Shown: one piece after another, positions 31,170-41,167 of the stretch
How the letters are laid out: each line of letters begins with the position of its first letter
How positions within the stretch are numbered: position 1 is the stretch's first letter
Source of the DNA: Vulcanimicrobiota bacterium
Lineage (GTDB): Bacteria; Vulcanimicrobiota; Vulcanimicrobiia; Vulcanimicrobiales; Vulcanimicrobiaceae
DNA: 64,000 bases
Assembly: GCA_963795855.1 (NCBI GenBank)
Contig: CAWCIZ010000001.1
Coordinates: 416,001-480,000, forward strand
Direction of reading: 5' to 3'
The notes under the pieces: model-generated
The model's database searches: none
What the model was told of the DNA's origin: nothing
What the model saw: only the letters and a program-made list of their open reading frames with translations
Position numbers and translations under genes: made by a program

Positions 31170-32004
31170 GGCAAAACCTGCGCAGTTCACGCGGCCGCCG
31201 CACATCAATCCGAGCGTCACCGAGCAATGGCTGACCGCCTTTCTGCAAGACGAACTCATCGTGCGCCGCAGCATTCATCAGGCCGTCGTTGGGCTTTCCG
31301 GCGGCGTCGATTCCGCCGTGACCGCATTTCTCTGCGCCCGCGCGCTCGGTCCGAAGAACGTTCATGCGATTCGCATGCCGTACAAGACGTCCAGCGCGTC
31401 GAGTTTGAGCGACGCGCGGCTCGTCGTCGAAGCGCTCGGCATCCAGGAACACACGGTCGACATCTCCGCCGCGGTCGACGGCTATTTGCAAGGCGAGTCC
31501 GACGCGGATGCGCGGCGCCGGGGCAACGTCATGGCGCGTATCCGAATGGTCGTGCTCTTCGATCAGTCCGCCAAATACAACGCGCTGCCGATCGGCACCG
31601 GCAATAAAACGGAGCGGCTGCTGGGATATTTCACGTGGCACGCGGACGATACGCCGCCGCTGAATCCGATCGGCGATCTCTATAAGACGCAGGTGTGGGC
31701 GCTCGCGCGGCATCTCGGCGTGCCCGCGGCGCTCGTCGAGAAGGCGCCCAGCGCGGATTTGGAAGCGAACCAGACTGATGAGGCGGATCTCGGCATCACC
31801 TATGCGCGAGCGGATGCCATTCTGGCGCGCATGCTGGAAGGCTATTCCAACGATCAACTCACGGAGCGCGGCTTCGAACGCTCCCAGGTCGAACTCGTAC
31901 GGCGCCGCCTGGATGGAACGCATTGGAAGCGCCACCTGCCGACGACCGCGATGCTGACGAATACCGCAATCAACGAATTTTATTTGCGTCCCGTCGACTA
32001 CTAA
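31153..32004 (+). CDS. nadE: NAD+ synthetase (synthetase-only subunit)
   Basis: GLSGGVDS, GNVMARIRM, TGNKTE, DLYKTQV, APSADL..QTDE. Confidence 0.95.
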   Translation: MLPVVEAKPAQFTRPPHINPSVTEQWLTAFLQDELIVRRSIHQAVVGLSGGVDSAVTAFLCARALGPKNVHAIRMPYKTSSASSLSDARLVVEALGIQEHTVDISAAVDGYLQGESDADARRRGNVMARIRMVVLFDQSAKYNALPIGTGNKTERLLGYFTWHADDTPPLNPIGDLYKTQVWALARHLGVPAALVEKAPSADLEANQTDEADLGITYARADAILARMLEGYSNDQLTERGFERSQVELVRRRLDGTHWKRHLPTTAMLTNTAINEFYLRPVDY

Positions 32005-32005
32005 C

Positions 32006-33250
32006 ATGCCGTCGGTCGAAATTCTCGCCGTGGGGACGGAATTGCTTCTCGGGCAACTCGTCGATACGAACAGCTCGTACGTCGCGCGGTCGCTCGCGGA
32101 ATGCGGCGTCGACGTCTATGCAACGCATGCGGTGGGCGACAATCGCGCGCGAATCGCCGCGGCACTGCGAGCGGCACTGGATCGCGCCGACGGCGTGATT
32201 GCAACCGGCGGATTGGGGCCGACGATCGACGATCTCACGAAGGAAGCCGTTTGCGATGCCCTGGGCGTCGGCACCGAGGAGGACGAAGCGTCGCTGCGCG
32301 CGATGGAAGCGCTGTTCCAGCGTCAGGGCCGCACGATGCAAGAGAACAACCGCAAACAAGCGCAAGTCCCGCGCGCAAGCATCGTGATGGCGAATCCGAA
32401 CGGAACGGCGCCCGGCTTCATCGCAACGCGCGAGGACGGCAAATTCATCGCATGCATGCCGGGGGTCCCGCGCGAGATGAAACCGATGCTGCACGAGCGG
32501 CTCCTGCCGTTTCTGCGTGCGCGCTTGCACCTGACGGATGCGATTTACACGCGCGTTTTGCATACGATCGACATCGCGGAGTCGGAGATCGACCATCGCA
32601 TCGACGATCTGTTTCGAAGCCTGGAGAATCCCAAGATTGCCGTCCTGGCGCACGACTACCGGTGCGACGTGAAAATCATGTCGAAAGCGCCGTCGAAAGA
32701 GACGGCGCGCGCGCAGACCGCTCCGGTAGAAACTGCGTTGCTCGAGCGGCTGCACGGTCACGTCTACGCGTTCGACGAACAGACGTTACCCGGCGCGATT
32801 CACGCGTTGCTGCAGCAATCCGGTATGAGTGCCGCGGTCGCCGAATCATGCACGGGCGGTTCGATTTGCGCGGAGCTTGCGGGTATGCCGGGCGCTTCGA
32901 ACAGTTTCGCGGGCGGCGTGGTTGCGTACGACAATCGCGTCAAAACCGGTATACTCGGCGTGCAACCCTCGACACTCGAGCGTGCCGGCGCCGTCAGCGA
33001 AGAAACGGCGCTTGAAATGGTGCAGGGCGTTCGGGCAGCACTTGGCGCGGACGTAGGAATTGCGACCACCGGAATCGCCGGTCCGTCCGGAGGAACGCCC
33101 GGCAAACCGGTCGGTCTCGTGTGGCTTGCGGTCGGCAACGCCACGGGTATACGGACCGCGCAGCTCAACCTGCCGGGGAATCGGACGGCAATCCAACGCC
33201 GGGCAACCATAGCGGCGCTCGGTCTGCTCTGGCGTTTCTTGCGTTGGTAA
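32006..33250 (+). CDS. cinA: competence/damage-inducible protein A (molybdopterin-binding-like domain plus NMN deamidase domain)
   Basis: GTELLLG..DTN, GGLGPTIDD, AESCTGG, TGIAGP. Confidence 0.93.
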   Translation: MPSVEILAVGTELLLGQLVDTNSSYVARSLAECGVDVYATHAVGDNRARIAAALRAALDRADGVIATGGLGPTIDDLTKEAVCDALGVGTEEDEASLRAMEALFQRQGRTMQENNRKQAQVPRASIVMANPNGTAPGFIATREDGKFIACMPGVPREMKPMLHERLLPFLRARLHLTDAIYTRVLHTIDIAESEIDHRIDDLFRSLENPKIAVLAHDYRCDVKIMSKAPSKETARAQTAPVETALLERLHGHVYAFDEQTLPGAIHALLQQSGMSAAVAESCTGGSICAELAGMPGASNSFAGGVVAYDNRVKTGILGVQPSTLERAGAVSEETALEMVQGVRAALGADVGIATTGIAGPSGGTPGKPVGLVWLAVGNATGIRTAQLNLPGNRTAIQRRATIAALGLLWRFLRW

Positions 33251-33286
33251 TGTAGCCTCTGCCCCCTCGCCGGGAAGAATGGCGAG

Positions 33287-34798
33287 GTGAAGCGCATGAT
33301 CGAACGGTCCCTCGCAGCCATTGCGGCCATCGCCATACCTTTGGCTTTTGCCTCGTGCGGCGGCGGCGGCGGTTCCACCGGCACGCCGACGGTACCGGTA
33401 CCGGTGCCGACAACCACGACGAATCCCGCTCCCGGCCCGCAGTCGGCCGATGCGTGTCCGACGAGCGGCGCAAGCGTCGCAATTGCGCGTGCGTCGATGC
33501 AAGGCGAGGCGAGGCGAATTGCCGCAAGCGCAGACAGAGGCGCACGGTACGTGCCCGGCATGGTCGTGTATACCGATAATCGCGGCGGCACGCGCGTCGA
33601 GTCCGTCGATCCCGCGCGCGTCGCGGGTGAAGTCGCGCGCTTGCACGCGGTGGCCGGCGTGCGCAACGTGCAACTCGCGCAGTACCGCCGATCTTTGTCC
33701 GTAACGCCGAACGATCCGTATTACGACGGGTTTGGACCCGGCGCGCCCTACTACGAGTCGAGCACTCAGCCCGGACAATGGGACATGCACGTCATGGGCG
33801 TAAGCGCTGCATGGTCGTCGGTAGAAAACGGCGCACCGATCGCAATCGTCGACACGGGCGTCGACGTCACGCATCCCGATCTCTCGGGCAAAGTCGTCTA
33901 CGCTCGCTGTTTCGTCACGTACCCAACGAGCGCGGCGCAAACGACGGGCTCGTACGTCACCGACATGGACGGACACGGCACGGACGTTGCCGGAATCGCG
34001 TCGGCCGATACGAACAACGCGTTTGGATTTTCCGGCGCCGGCTTCAACGCGCCGCTGCTGGCGTATCGAATCTTTCCGACGCCGCCGAGCAGCGGGTGCA
34101 CCTCGTCCTCCAAAAATCCGCAATGCGATACGACCGACGTGGACGAAGCCAGCGCGATAAACGACGCCGTCGCGCACGGTGCGCACGTGATCAATCTCAG
34201 CCTCGGTGCTCCTGGTCCGCTCTCGAACTGCACGGACACGCTCGAGGAGAATGCCGTCGAGAACGCGATTTCGCACGGCGTCGTCGTCGTCGCGGCATCG
34301 GGCAATGAATCGGCCAACCATCTCGATTGCCCCGCAGCGTATCCCGGTGTGATCGCCGTCGGTGCATCCGCGCTCAAAGGTTCCGGTAACGCCGTAAGCG
34401 AGGGCGTCGCGAGTTACTCGAACTGGGTGGCCGCCGCTGGGCCCGGCGCCGGCGGCGCGTATCTGGTTGCACCTGGAGGCGATCCGGCCGGATCCTCCGA
34501 CGCCGACGATCTGCATTGGATAGAGAATATCTATTCCAGCACCGCGATTGGCGGAACGGACTGCGCGTTGGACCAGGCGGGTCAATCCGGCGACTGCCGC
34601 GTGCTGATTGCGGGCACTTCGCAAGCGACGCCGCACGTGGCTGGCGTGGCGGCGCTGATGCTCGGACTGCGCCCGAACCTTACTCCGGCCCAGATTGCAG
34701 CAGACTTATGCGCGACCGCGACGAAGATCGGCGGCAGCAAACAAGGTTGTGGCCGTTTGAACGCGGCGGCTGCGGTGGCGCGAGCGGCATCGCAGTAG
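33287..34798 (+). CDS. S8 subtilase lipoprotein
   Basis: Lipobox FASC; IVDTG, HGTDVAG, ASGN, GTSQATPHV. Confidence 0.9.
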   Translation: MKRMIERSLAAIAAIAIPLAFASCGGGGGSTGTPTVPVPVPTTTTNPAPGPQSADACPTSGASVAIARASMQGEARRIAASADRGARYVPGMVVYTDNRGGTRVESVDPARVAGEVARLHAVAGVRNVQLAQYRRSLSVTPNDPYYDGFGPGAPYYESSTQPGQWDMHVMGVSAAWSSVENGAPIAIVDTGVDVTHPDLSGKVVYARCFVTYPTSAAQTTGSYVTDMDGHGTDVAGIASADTNNAFGFSGAGFNAPLLAYRIFPTPPSSGCTSSSKNPQCDTTDVDEASAINDAVAHGAHVINLSLGAPGPLSNCTDTLEENAVENAISHGVVVVAASGNESANHLDCPAAYPGVIAVGASALKGSGNAVSEGVASYSNWVAAAGPGAGGAYLVAPGGDPAGSSDADDLHWIENIYSSTAIGGTDCALDQAGQSGDCRVLIAGTSQATPHVAGVAALMLGLRPNLTPAQIAADLCATATKIGGSKQGCGRLNAAAAVARAASQ

Positions 34799-34822
34799 CC
34801 CGGCCGCGGCAAGGAGGGCGCG

Positions 34823-36463
34823 GTGCGAAAAATTCTGGCATTGATAGGCGTGCTCGCGCTGGGCGCGTGCGGTGGGGGTTCCGGCTCGAACGGGGGTCCG
34901 CCGCCTACGCCGCCGCCCACACCGACACCGTTGCCTACGAACGGCACCACCTCGCCGGCGTCGTTGCTGTGCACGACCTCCGGTGCGGCGCAATCGATCT
35001 CGCACCGTACGGATGCCGCGATTCCGAAGCGCGCGCCCGCCGCGGGCGTCAAAGGCGGACGTGTCCCGGGGCTAATCGAGGTAACCTACGACCGCGCGAC
35101 GTTTGCGCGATCGCAGAACGCGATACGGCAGATGCACGCGGGCACCGGCGCAACGCTGCAAAGAACGCTCGACTTTCCCGCCCTTGCGCACGTCGTGCAG
35201 GTCCTTCGCGTCGATCCCTCACGTGAAGATGCGATAATCCGAACCTTGCGATCGTCGGCACTGGTGCGCGGCGTCTCTGTTGGTGCGTATCGCCGCCTGC
35301 AATCGACGGACGCGACGTCGGCGTTTCCGAACGATCCGTTTTTCGACGGGTTCACGCCGGGCAACGTTCCGCCGTTGTACCAAACCGCATCGACGGGCGG
35401 CGAATGGGACACGCACGTCATGTGCGCGGCAAATGCATGGGCTTATGGTGAAAGCAACAGCACTGGAAAGACGTTTCCGGGAGCACTCGGCGGCACCGCT
35501 GCGATCGCCATCGTCGACACCGGCGCGGATCTGACTCATCCGGACCTGAACGGCCGCGTCGTGTACGCGGAAACCGATTTGAACGGCGTGGCGACGCCGG
35601 ACCTGGCGACAATGCACGACAACGACGGTCACGGTACCGATATTGCGGGCATCGCCGGTGCAGCCGGAAACAACGCCTTCGGTTTTACTGGCATAGCGTA
35701 TGCCGCTCCGCTCATGATTTTCAAAGTCTTTCCCGATCCGCCGAGCGGCGGATGCGCGCCGGGATCGACGAGTTCGCAATGCACTGCGCTCGGCTCGGAC
35801 GTCGGTCTCGCGATCGATGACGCGGTGAGCCAAGGCGCGAAAGTCATCAATCTGAGTTTAGGCGACACCTCGCCGGACACGGCCGAGGAGAATGCGGTTG
35901 CCGCCGCAATTGGGGCGGGCGTGGTGGTGGTTGCCGCAAGCGGCAACGGAAGTTCGGCGAATATCGGACAGCCGTCACTCGACTATCCCGCCGCCGATCC
36001 CGGCGTTATCGCGGTCGGTGCGTCGACGATCGACGATTCGAATCCATCGGCGATCGGCGAGAAAGTGGCGTCGTACTCGAATTACGATTCGGCGAACTCC
36101 GCGGCATGGGGCGTCGTGGCGCCCGGCGGCGATCCGGCCGGCAATAGCGATCCCGATGATTTGCACTGGATCGAGAACATCTATACCAGCACCGCGGCCG
36201 ACGGAACGTCGGGCGCCGCGTGCCGTCCGGATCCCGGCAGTTTGTCCGCCAACGATTGCCGCATCTTCATCGCCGGAACGTCGCAAGCGACGCCGCACGT
36301 CGCCGCGGCCGCGTCGCTTCTGCTCAGCGTCGGCGCGTCGGCAGCCTCGGTCCCCGGTTTGTTGTGTGCGACTGCGGTTCCGATTCCCGGCGGCAAGGCC
36401 GGCTGCGGACGCGTAGACGCGTACAAGGCGCTCGCGCGAGCGGTCGGCGATCCGAATCCATAA
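34823..36463 (+). CDS. S8 subtilase lipoprotein (paralog)
   Basis: AAGGAGG SD, lipobox LGAC; IVDTG, HGTDIAG, GTSQATPHV. Confidence 0.9.
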   Translation: MRKILALIGVLALGACGGGSGSNGGPPPTPPPTPTPLPTNGTTSPASLLCTTSGAAQSISHRTDAAIPKRAPAAGVKGGRVPGLIEVTYDRATFARSQNAIRQMHAGTGATLQRTLDFPALAHVVQVLRVDPSREDAIIRTLRSSALVRGVSVGAYRRLQSTDATSAFPNDPFFDGFTPGNVPPLYQTASTGGEWDTHVMCAANAWAYGESNSTGKTFPGALGGTAAIAIVDTGADLTHPDLNGRVVYAETDLNGVATPDLATMHDNDGHGTDIAGIAGAAGNNAFGFTGIAYAAPLMIFKVFPDPPSGGCAPGSTSSQCTALGSDVGLAIDDAVSQGAKVINLSLGDTSPDTAEENAVAAAIGAGVVVVAASGNGSSANIGQPSLDYPAADPGVIAVGASTIDDSNPSAIGEKVASYSNYDSANSAAWGVVAPGGDPAGNSDPDDLHWIENIYTSTAADGTSGAACRPDPGSLSANDCRIFIAGTSQATPHVAAAASLLLSVGASAASVPGLLCATAVPIPGGKAGCGRVDAYKALARAVGDPNP

Positions 36464-36495
36464 AAAAGGAATCGCCGCACGTCCGCGGCGATTCC
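36462..36495 (-). terminator. Rho-independent terminator between convergent genes
   Basis: Perfect 11-bp stem GGAATCGCCGC/GCGGCGATTCC with a T6 tail on the minus strand. Confidence 0.85.
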
Positions 36496-36517
36496 GGGAT
36501 TTCGCACGGAGAGGTAA

Positions 36518-37528
36518 TCAGAAGAAGCAGCCGTGCGTCGCGTTCGAGTATTCGGGTTGAATCAGGTACTGGTGTCCGTTTAGATTCTCGTACGCGCGAT
36601 AGCCGATGCACGTGTCGCCGATTTCATATCCGAAGTTGTCGTTGTACCAGCCGCTTCCCGGATCGGGGTCCGAGATTGCTTCGGATTGTTCGTGCGAGAG
36701 CGCGCTCGCAGTGTCGTCGATCGGCGTCGGGTTCGGCGTCGTCAGTCCCGGGAAATCGTCGCCGCAGCCCGGGGTGTGCTGATACGGTATCACGGTGAAC
36801 AGCACGTGCCCGATGTCGGAGAACGTGATGCTGCCGTGGTAGGCGCAGAACGTAAACGTCGGCGGGTTATCCGGGGAATAGCACGACGTCGTCAGGTCGA
36901 TGCACGTGTCGAGCCCCTGCGCCAAGAAGAGATTGTAGGTATTGCCGTATCCCGTCGCCTTCGTGTGCGCGGCAGCGGCGTGCAGGACTGTGAAAAGTTC
37001 GTTCTGCGAGATGACGTTGGAAAATGCCGCAAGATTCACGCTGTACGTGTACGGATAGACCGGATAGCGATTGCTCGCCGACGCGCCGGTGTACTGATCC
37101 AGAACGTGGATGAACGAACTGCGGCTGAAATTGGCTTGGAACGTTTGAGGCGTTCCGACCGCCGCGGCAGTCGTGTCGATGAAGACTTCATGCTGCAGCG
37201 ACGCCGGAAGCACGGCGCCGCCGTGGTAGTTCACGTCGACGGGATAGACGGTTGCCATCGCCTTGCGCACGGTGCCCTTTTGCACCGGCAGGACGTGGTA
37301 CTTGAACGCGCTGTACGACGGAAGCGCCGCGACCATCGACCGGGTAATATTGAGCGTCGTGGAACCGCTCGACGGAGCCGGCTGCGAGAGCGCCGGCTGC
37401 TGCGGCGCGGCGACTTGAGGCAGCGACGAATTACCGCCTCCGGAACACGCGGTCAGCAGCGATGCGATACATGCAGCGGCAAACGCGCTGCTAAAACCAA
37501 CGCGAATGCGAAGCGTCTTGGAGTCCAT
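36518..37528 (-). CDS. lipoprotein with PHI-1/EXORDIUM-like domain
   Basis: Lipobox LTAC; YHGGAVL, FCAYHG, SHEQSEAISDP, GWY, EIGDTC; GGAGG SD. Confidence 0.65.
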   Translation of the reverse strand: MDSKTLRIRVGFSSAFAAACIASLLTACSGGGNSSLPQVAAPQQPALSQPAPSSGSTTLNITRSMVAALPSYSAFKYHVLPVQKGTVRKAMATVYPVDVNYHGGAVLPASLQHEVFIDTTAAAVGTPQTFQANFSRSSFIHVLDQYTGASASNRYPVYPYTYSVNLAAFSNVISQNELFTVLHAAAAHTKATGYGNTYNLFLAQGLDTCIDLTTSCYSPDNPPTFTFCAYHGSITFSDIGHVLFTVIPYQHTPGCGDDFPGLTTPNPTPIDDTASALSHEQSEAISDPDPGSGWYNDNFGYEIGDTCIGYRAYENLNGHQYLIQPEYSNATHGCFF

Positions 37529-37622
37529 GCGATCCTCCCTTTGGACACACGTGGCCGGATTCGGCCTAGAGAAATGCTAGCAACTTCGGAAAAGCTGCAT
37601 TTGAGGCGTGCGCCCCGATTCG

Positions 37623-38657
37623 TTAGGAAGAACGGCGCGCGCCGTACCCGATGGACTCAAGGACGCGTTGCGTCGCTACGGCGTCGGCGAAAGTCGGGAC
37701 GGCACTCGTGCCGGTGCGGATCTGCTTTGCGAATTCGTCGAGCAGTTCCATGATGAACGGCACGTGCCGATCGACCGACGAAAAGCGCGCGTACGGCGAA
37801 GGCTTCACCTCGAGTTCGTTCGTTTCTTCGTCGTCGACGCTGAACAGGCGCATATCGTCGAAGTCCGTTCCGCTTGCTACGGCCGTCCGATTTTCGCCGT
37901 GCGCGGCAAGCGTGAAGGATTCGATGGAGGTCGTTGCGTCGACGCTCACGCGAGCAGTAATGCCGTCACCGTAGTCGATGATCGCCCAGCACCCGTCGTC
38001 GACCGTGCTCGTGAACGTTCCTTGCGCGTCATCGCGCCGCGGATTGGCCGTCCGAAGAAAGCCCGTGCTGCGAACCGGTGCCCGGCCCGCGAGCCAGTTC
38101 GCGCCGTCGATCAGGTGCGAGAGCAGCGCGCCCGCCATCCCGCCGCCGCAGTCGCGATCGAACCACCAAGAGCGCGGCCGTTCCACTTCGGCGCGCAGAC
38201 GATTGGAAAGCTGCGTCATTTCGATTTCCCGCAACGGCGCGATGTGGCCGTTTTCGACGAGCTCCTTCACCGCGAGCCGCTGCGGAACCCAGCGAAACTC
38301 GTGCATGACGGCCGCTGCGGTTCCGGCGCGCAGCGCCGCGGCCTGCATATCCTCCGCCTGCGCGACGTCCAGTGCGAACGGCTTCTCGCAGATCACGTGT
38401 TTTCCGGCTTCAAGGGCTGCCGTGACGTCCGCCTGATGCGTGAACGGCGGAGCGGCGATCGAAACGACGTCGACGTCCGCGCCCTCGAGCAAATCCCTGC
38501 ACGTTTTGAACGCGCGCGGAATGCCGCGCTCGCCCGCGATGCGCTCGGCGTTGTTGGGCGATGCGAGCGCGACGACTTCGAATTCGGAATGCGCGGTGAA
38601 CGCGGGCAGATGTGCGCGAACCCCGAAGCCGGCGCCGACGATTCCTACTTTATACAC
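37623..38657 (-). CDS. Gfo/Idh/MocA-family oxidoreductase
   Basis: GIVGAGFG, AGKHVICEKP, GGGMAG..HLID. Confidence 0.9.
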   Translation of the reverse strand: MYKVGIVGAGFGVRAHLPAFTAHSEFEVVALASPNNAERIAGERGIPRAFKTCRDLLEGADVDVVSIAAPPFTHQADVTAALEAGKHVICEKPFALDVAQAEDMQAAALRAGTAAAVMHEFRWVPQRLAVKELVENGHIAPLREIEMTQLSNRLRAEVERPRSWWFDRDCGGGMAGALLSHLIDGANWLAGRAPVRSTGFLRTANPRRDDAQGTFTSTVDDGCWAIIDYGDGITARVSVDATTSIESFTLAAHGENRTAVASGTDFDDMRLFSVDDEETNELEVKPSPYARFSSVDRHVPFIMELLDEFAKQIRTGTSAVPTFADAVATQRVLESIGYGARRSS

Positions 38658-39940
38658 GCGCTGATGACGTCCACCGCGCGGAAGAGTTGCTCCTGCGAGA
38701 TCACGAGCGGCGGCGTAATGGAGACGACGTTGCCTTGCGGGCCCGCTTGCAGCAGGATGACGCCCGCTTTGAGTGCGTCCTTGACGACGCGTTCGGCGGT
38801 TCGCGCGTCATCGAATTCGACGCCCCACATCAGTCCGAGCCCGCGTACTGCCGCAACTTTGCCGTCGGCGCGCAGCGCATCCAGACGTCCGCCGAGCATG
38901 CCGCCAAGCCGCGCTGCCGCCTGCGGCAACTGCAAACGTTCGATTTCGCCGAGATTTGCGAGTGCGGCGGCGCAGCCCATCGGATTTCCGAGATACGTCG
39001 ACGTGTGCAGTGCCTCGCCGGGCGATTCCGGCCACACGTCCATGATCGCCGGACGCGCGACGATCGCAGAGATGGGAAACCCGTTCGCCATCGCTTTTCC
39101 GATGCAAAGGATGTCGGGCACGACGCCGTCGTGCTCGCACGCGAACAGCGCTCCGGTTCGTCCGAAACCGGTATAGATTTCGTCGACGATCAGGAGCAAG
39201 CCCAACGAATCGCAGATGTCGCGAAGTCCTTTGAGGTATCCGCGCGGCGGCACGATGCAGCCGCCCCGGCCTTGCATCGGTTCCACGATCACCGCGGCCA
39301 AGTCGCTGCGCGCGGCAAGCGCGTCTTTCGCCTCGCGCAACGCCGCGGCGGCCCCTTCGTCGGCGAGCGCCGGGTTCGCGCGCGGATACTCCAAAAAAAC
39401 CGCGTTGTCGGGGACGAACTGTGCGAACGGTTCGCGAAACTTTGGAATGCCGGAAACCGCGAGCGTCCCGAGCGAAAGACCGTGATAGGCGCCGGAATAT
39501 GCGGCAAACGAACTTTTGCCGGTCGCGAGCATTGCGGTCTTGAGTGCTGCCTCCACCGCTTCGGCGCCGGTCGATGCGAGAAACGTTTTGCTCAAGTCGC
39601 CGGGTGCGATGTTCGCGAGCGCTTCCAACAGTCGCACTTTCACTTCGGTCGGGTGGACGTCGCCCATGCCGTGCATCAATCGGACCGCCTGATCGTGAAT
39701 CGCCGCCGCGACGTACGGATTACAGTGACCGGTATTCGCCACGCCGAACGCGCCGGTGAGATCGATGTAGCGGTTGCCGTCCACGTCGGTGACCGTCGCG
39801 CCCGAGGCTGATTCCCAAAAGATTGGAAAGTCGGCGTCGACGAAGGTGACGTTTCGCGATTCGAACGCGCGAAGCGCGGGTGCGAGCTCGCGCGATCGCG
39901 GTCCCGGCACCGATGTGCGGATGTCCTCGAAATCCGTCAA
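38645..39940 (-). CDS. class III PLP aminotransferase
   Basis: DVDGNRYID, GAEAVE, YHG, EPMQGRGG, DEIYTGFGRTG, PDI..GKAMANG, HTSTYLGNP. Confidence 0.93.
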   Translation of the reverse strand: MTDFEDIRTSVPGPRSRELAPALRAFESRNVTFVDADFPIFWESASGATVTDVDGNRYIDLTGAFGVANTGHCNPYVAAAIHDQAVRLMHGMGDVHPTEVKVRLLEALANIAPGDLSKTFLASTGAEAVEAALKTAMLATGKSSFAAYSGAYHGLSLGTLAVSGIPKFREPFAQFVPDNAVFLEYPRANPALADEGAAAALREAKDALAARSDLAAVIVEPMQGRGGCIVPPRGYLKGLRDICDSLGLLLIVDEIYTGFGRTGALFACEHDGVVPDILCIGKAMANGFPISAIVARPAIMDVWPESPGEALHTSTYLGNPMGCAAALANLGEIERLQLPQAAARLGGMLGGRLDALRADGKVAAVRGLGLMWGVEFDDARTAERVVKDALKAGVILLQAGPQGNVVSITPPLVISQEQLFRAVDVISACIK

Positions 39941-41167
39941 AGCGTCTTGTCTATCCAGCGAACGAAGTGGACGATACGCGCGCGACCGCCGTGATCTCCC
40001 GCAAGCGGCGGGTGCTGCAGATCGCCGAAGCGCGTCAAACGCACCGCGCCTGCCCGCAGCGCGGCGTCTACCACGTCCGCGCGATCGGAAGAAATGGCGA
40101 AGCCTTCCAACGGCAACTCATGCCGGCGAACATACGCGACGGCGTCGGCCGGCCCATCTACGGCGACGATGCCGATGGTCCGAGGAAGAAACGGCGGCGC
40201 TTCGGACGGCGGTGCGTCGGCCATCACCGCGTATTCGGTCGCCGTGCCGGCAAAGACCGCGCCTTGTCCGCGCAGCCGCTCGAAAAGCGGCGAGATTGCG
40301 GCGCTGAGCGATCGCTGCCGCGGCCGCCGGATCGCGGCTGCCCACGGGAAACTCCACGTTCGCTTCTTCGATGCGCCGCGCGAGCAGTTCGCCGAATTGC
40401 GGGATCGACACGCATCCGCCGCGCTCGGCAAAGAGCGCGTGCAGCGAGAGACAGCCTTCGGTCTCGTAGAGCACGAGGTCGCGAGCGGCGCCGCGCGCGA
40501 CTGCCGACGCCGTTGCTTCGGACGCGAGCGATTCGCGCGTCACATACCCCGCGCTCGCGCGCGACCCATATCCGACGAATGTTGCGCCCGGAGCGAGCGA
40601 GGATCGAATCGCCCCAAGCGTATCGTCGCTGCCGAACGCAGCGACGACGTCGAACATGCGCAAATCTCGAGCGTTCTCCTCGCTATGCGACCATGCTTCG
40701 GCGCGTGCCGCCGCGCCGAATTCGGGTAGTTCGTGAGCCAGCGTGGTAAAGAACTCACGCAAGAGCGCGTCTTCGCGGTCTTTGACCACGACCTCGCATT
40801 TCGCACAGAGTGCGAATATCGAGGGAACGATTGCAACGCCGATCGTCGTGCGGCTGGAGATCACGCAAACGCTTCCCACCGGCGCTGCCCATGCATCGGG
40901 GCGGTTCGGACGCGGCGTAAAATCGTCGAGAATTTCGAGCGAGCCGAGTTCGCTGCAAATCGTGGCCCGCAAGTCTTCGCGTGTGATGGAAAAGAAGAGG
41001 CGGTCGAGCGCGTAGTCGACGACGGGGGCCGAGTAGCCGGTGCGCTCCGCGATGCGAGCCGTTACGCGCACGCGCGGCGGAAAATCGGCGTCGTTCCAGC
41101 GCTCCGCGCAGTCGGCGATGGCGTTTACGATCTTGTGCGCGGGTACGCCCGACAGCGCGGTCGTCAT
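39937..41167 (-). CDS. LuxC-like acyl-CoA/acyl-protein reductase; frameshift near 40270
   Basis: ALDH-like fold; AFGSDDT, YGSRAS, DLVLYETEGCLS (catalytic Cys position), C-terminal GDLQHPP..HGG. Confidence 0.8.
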
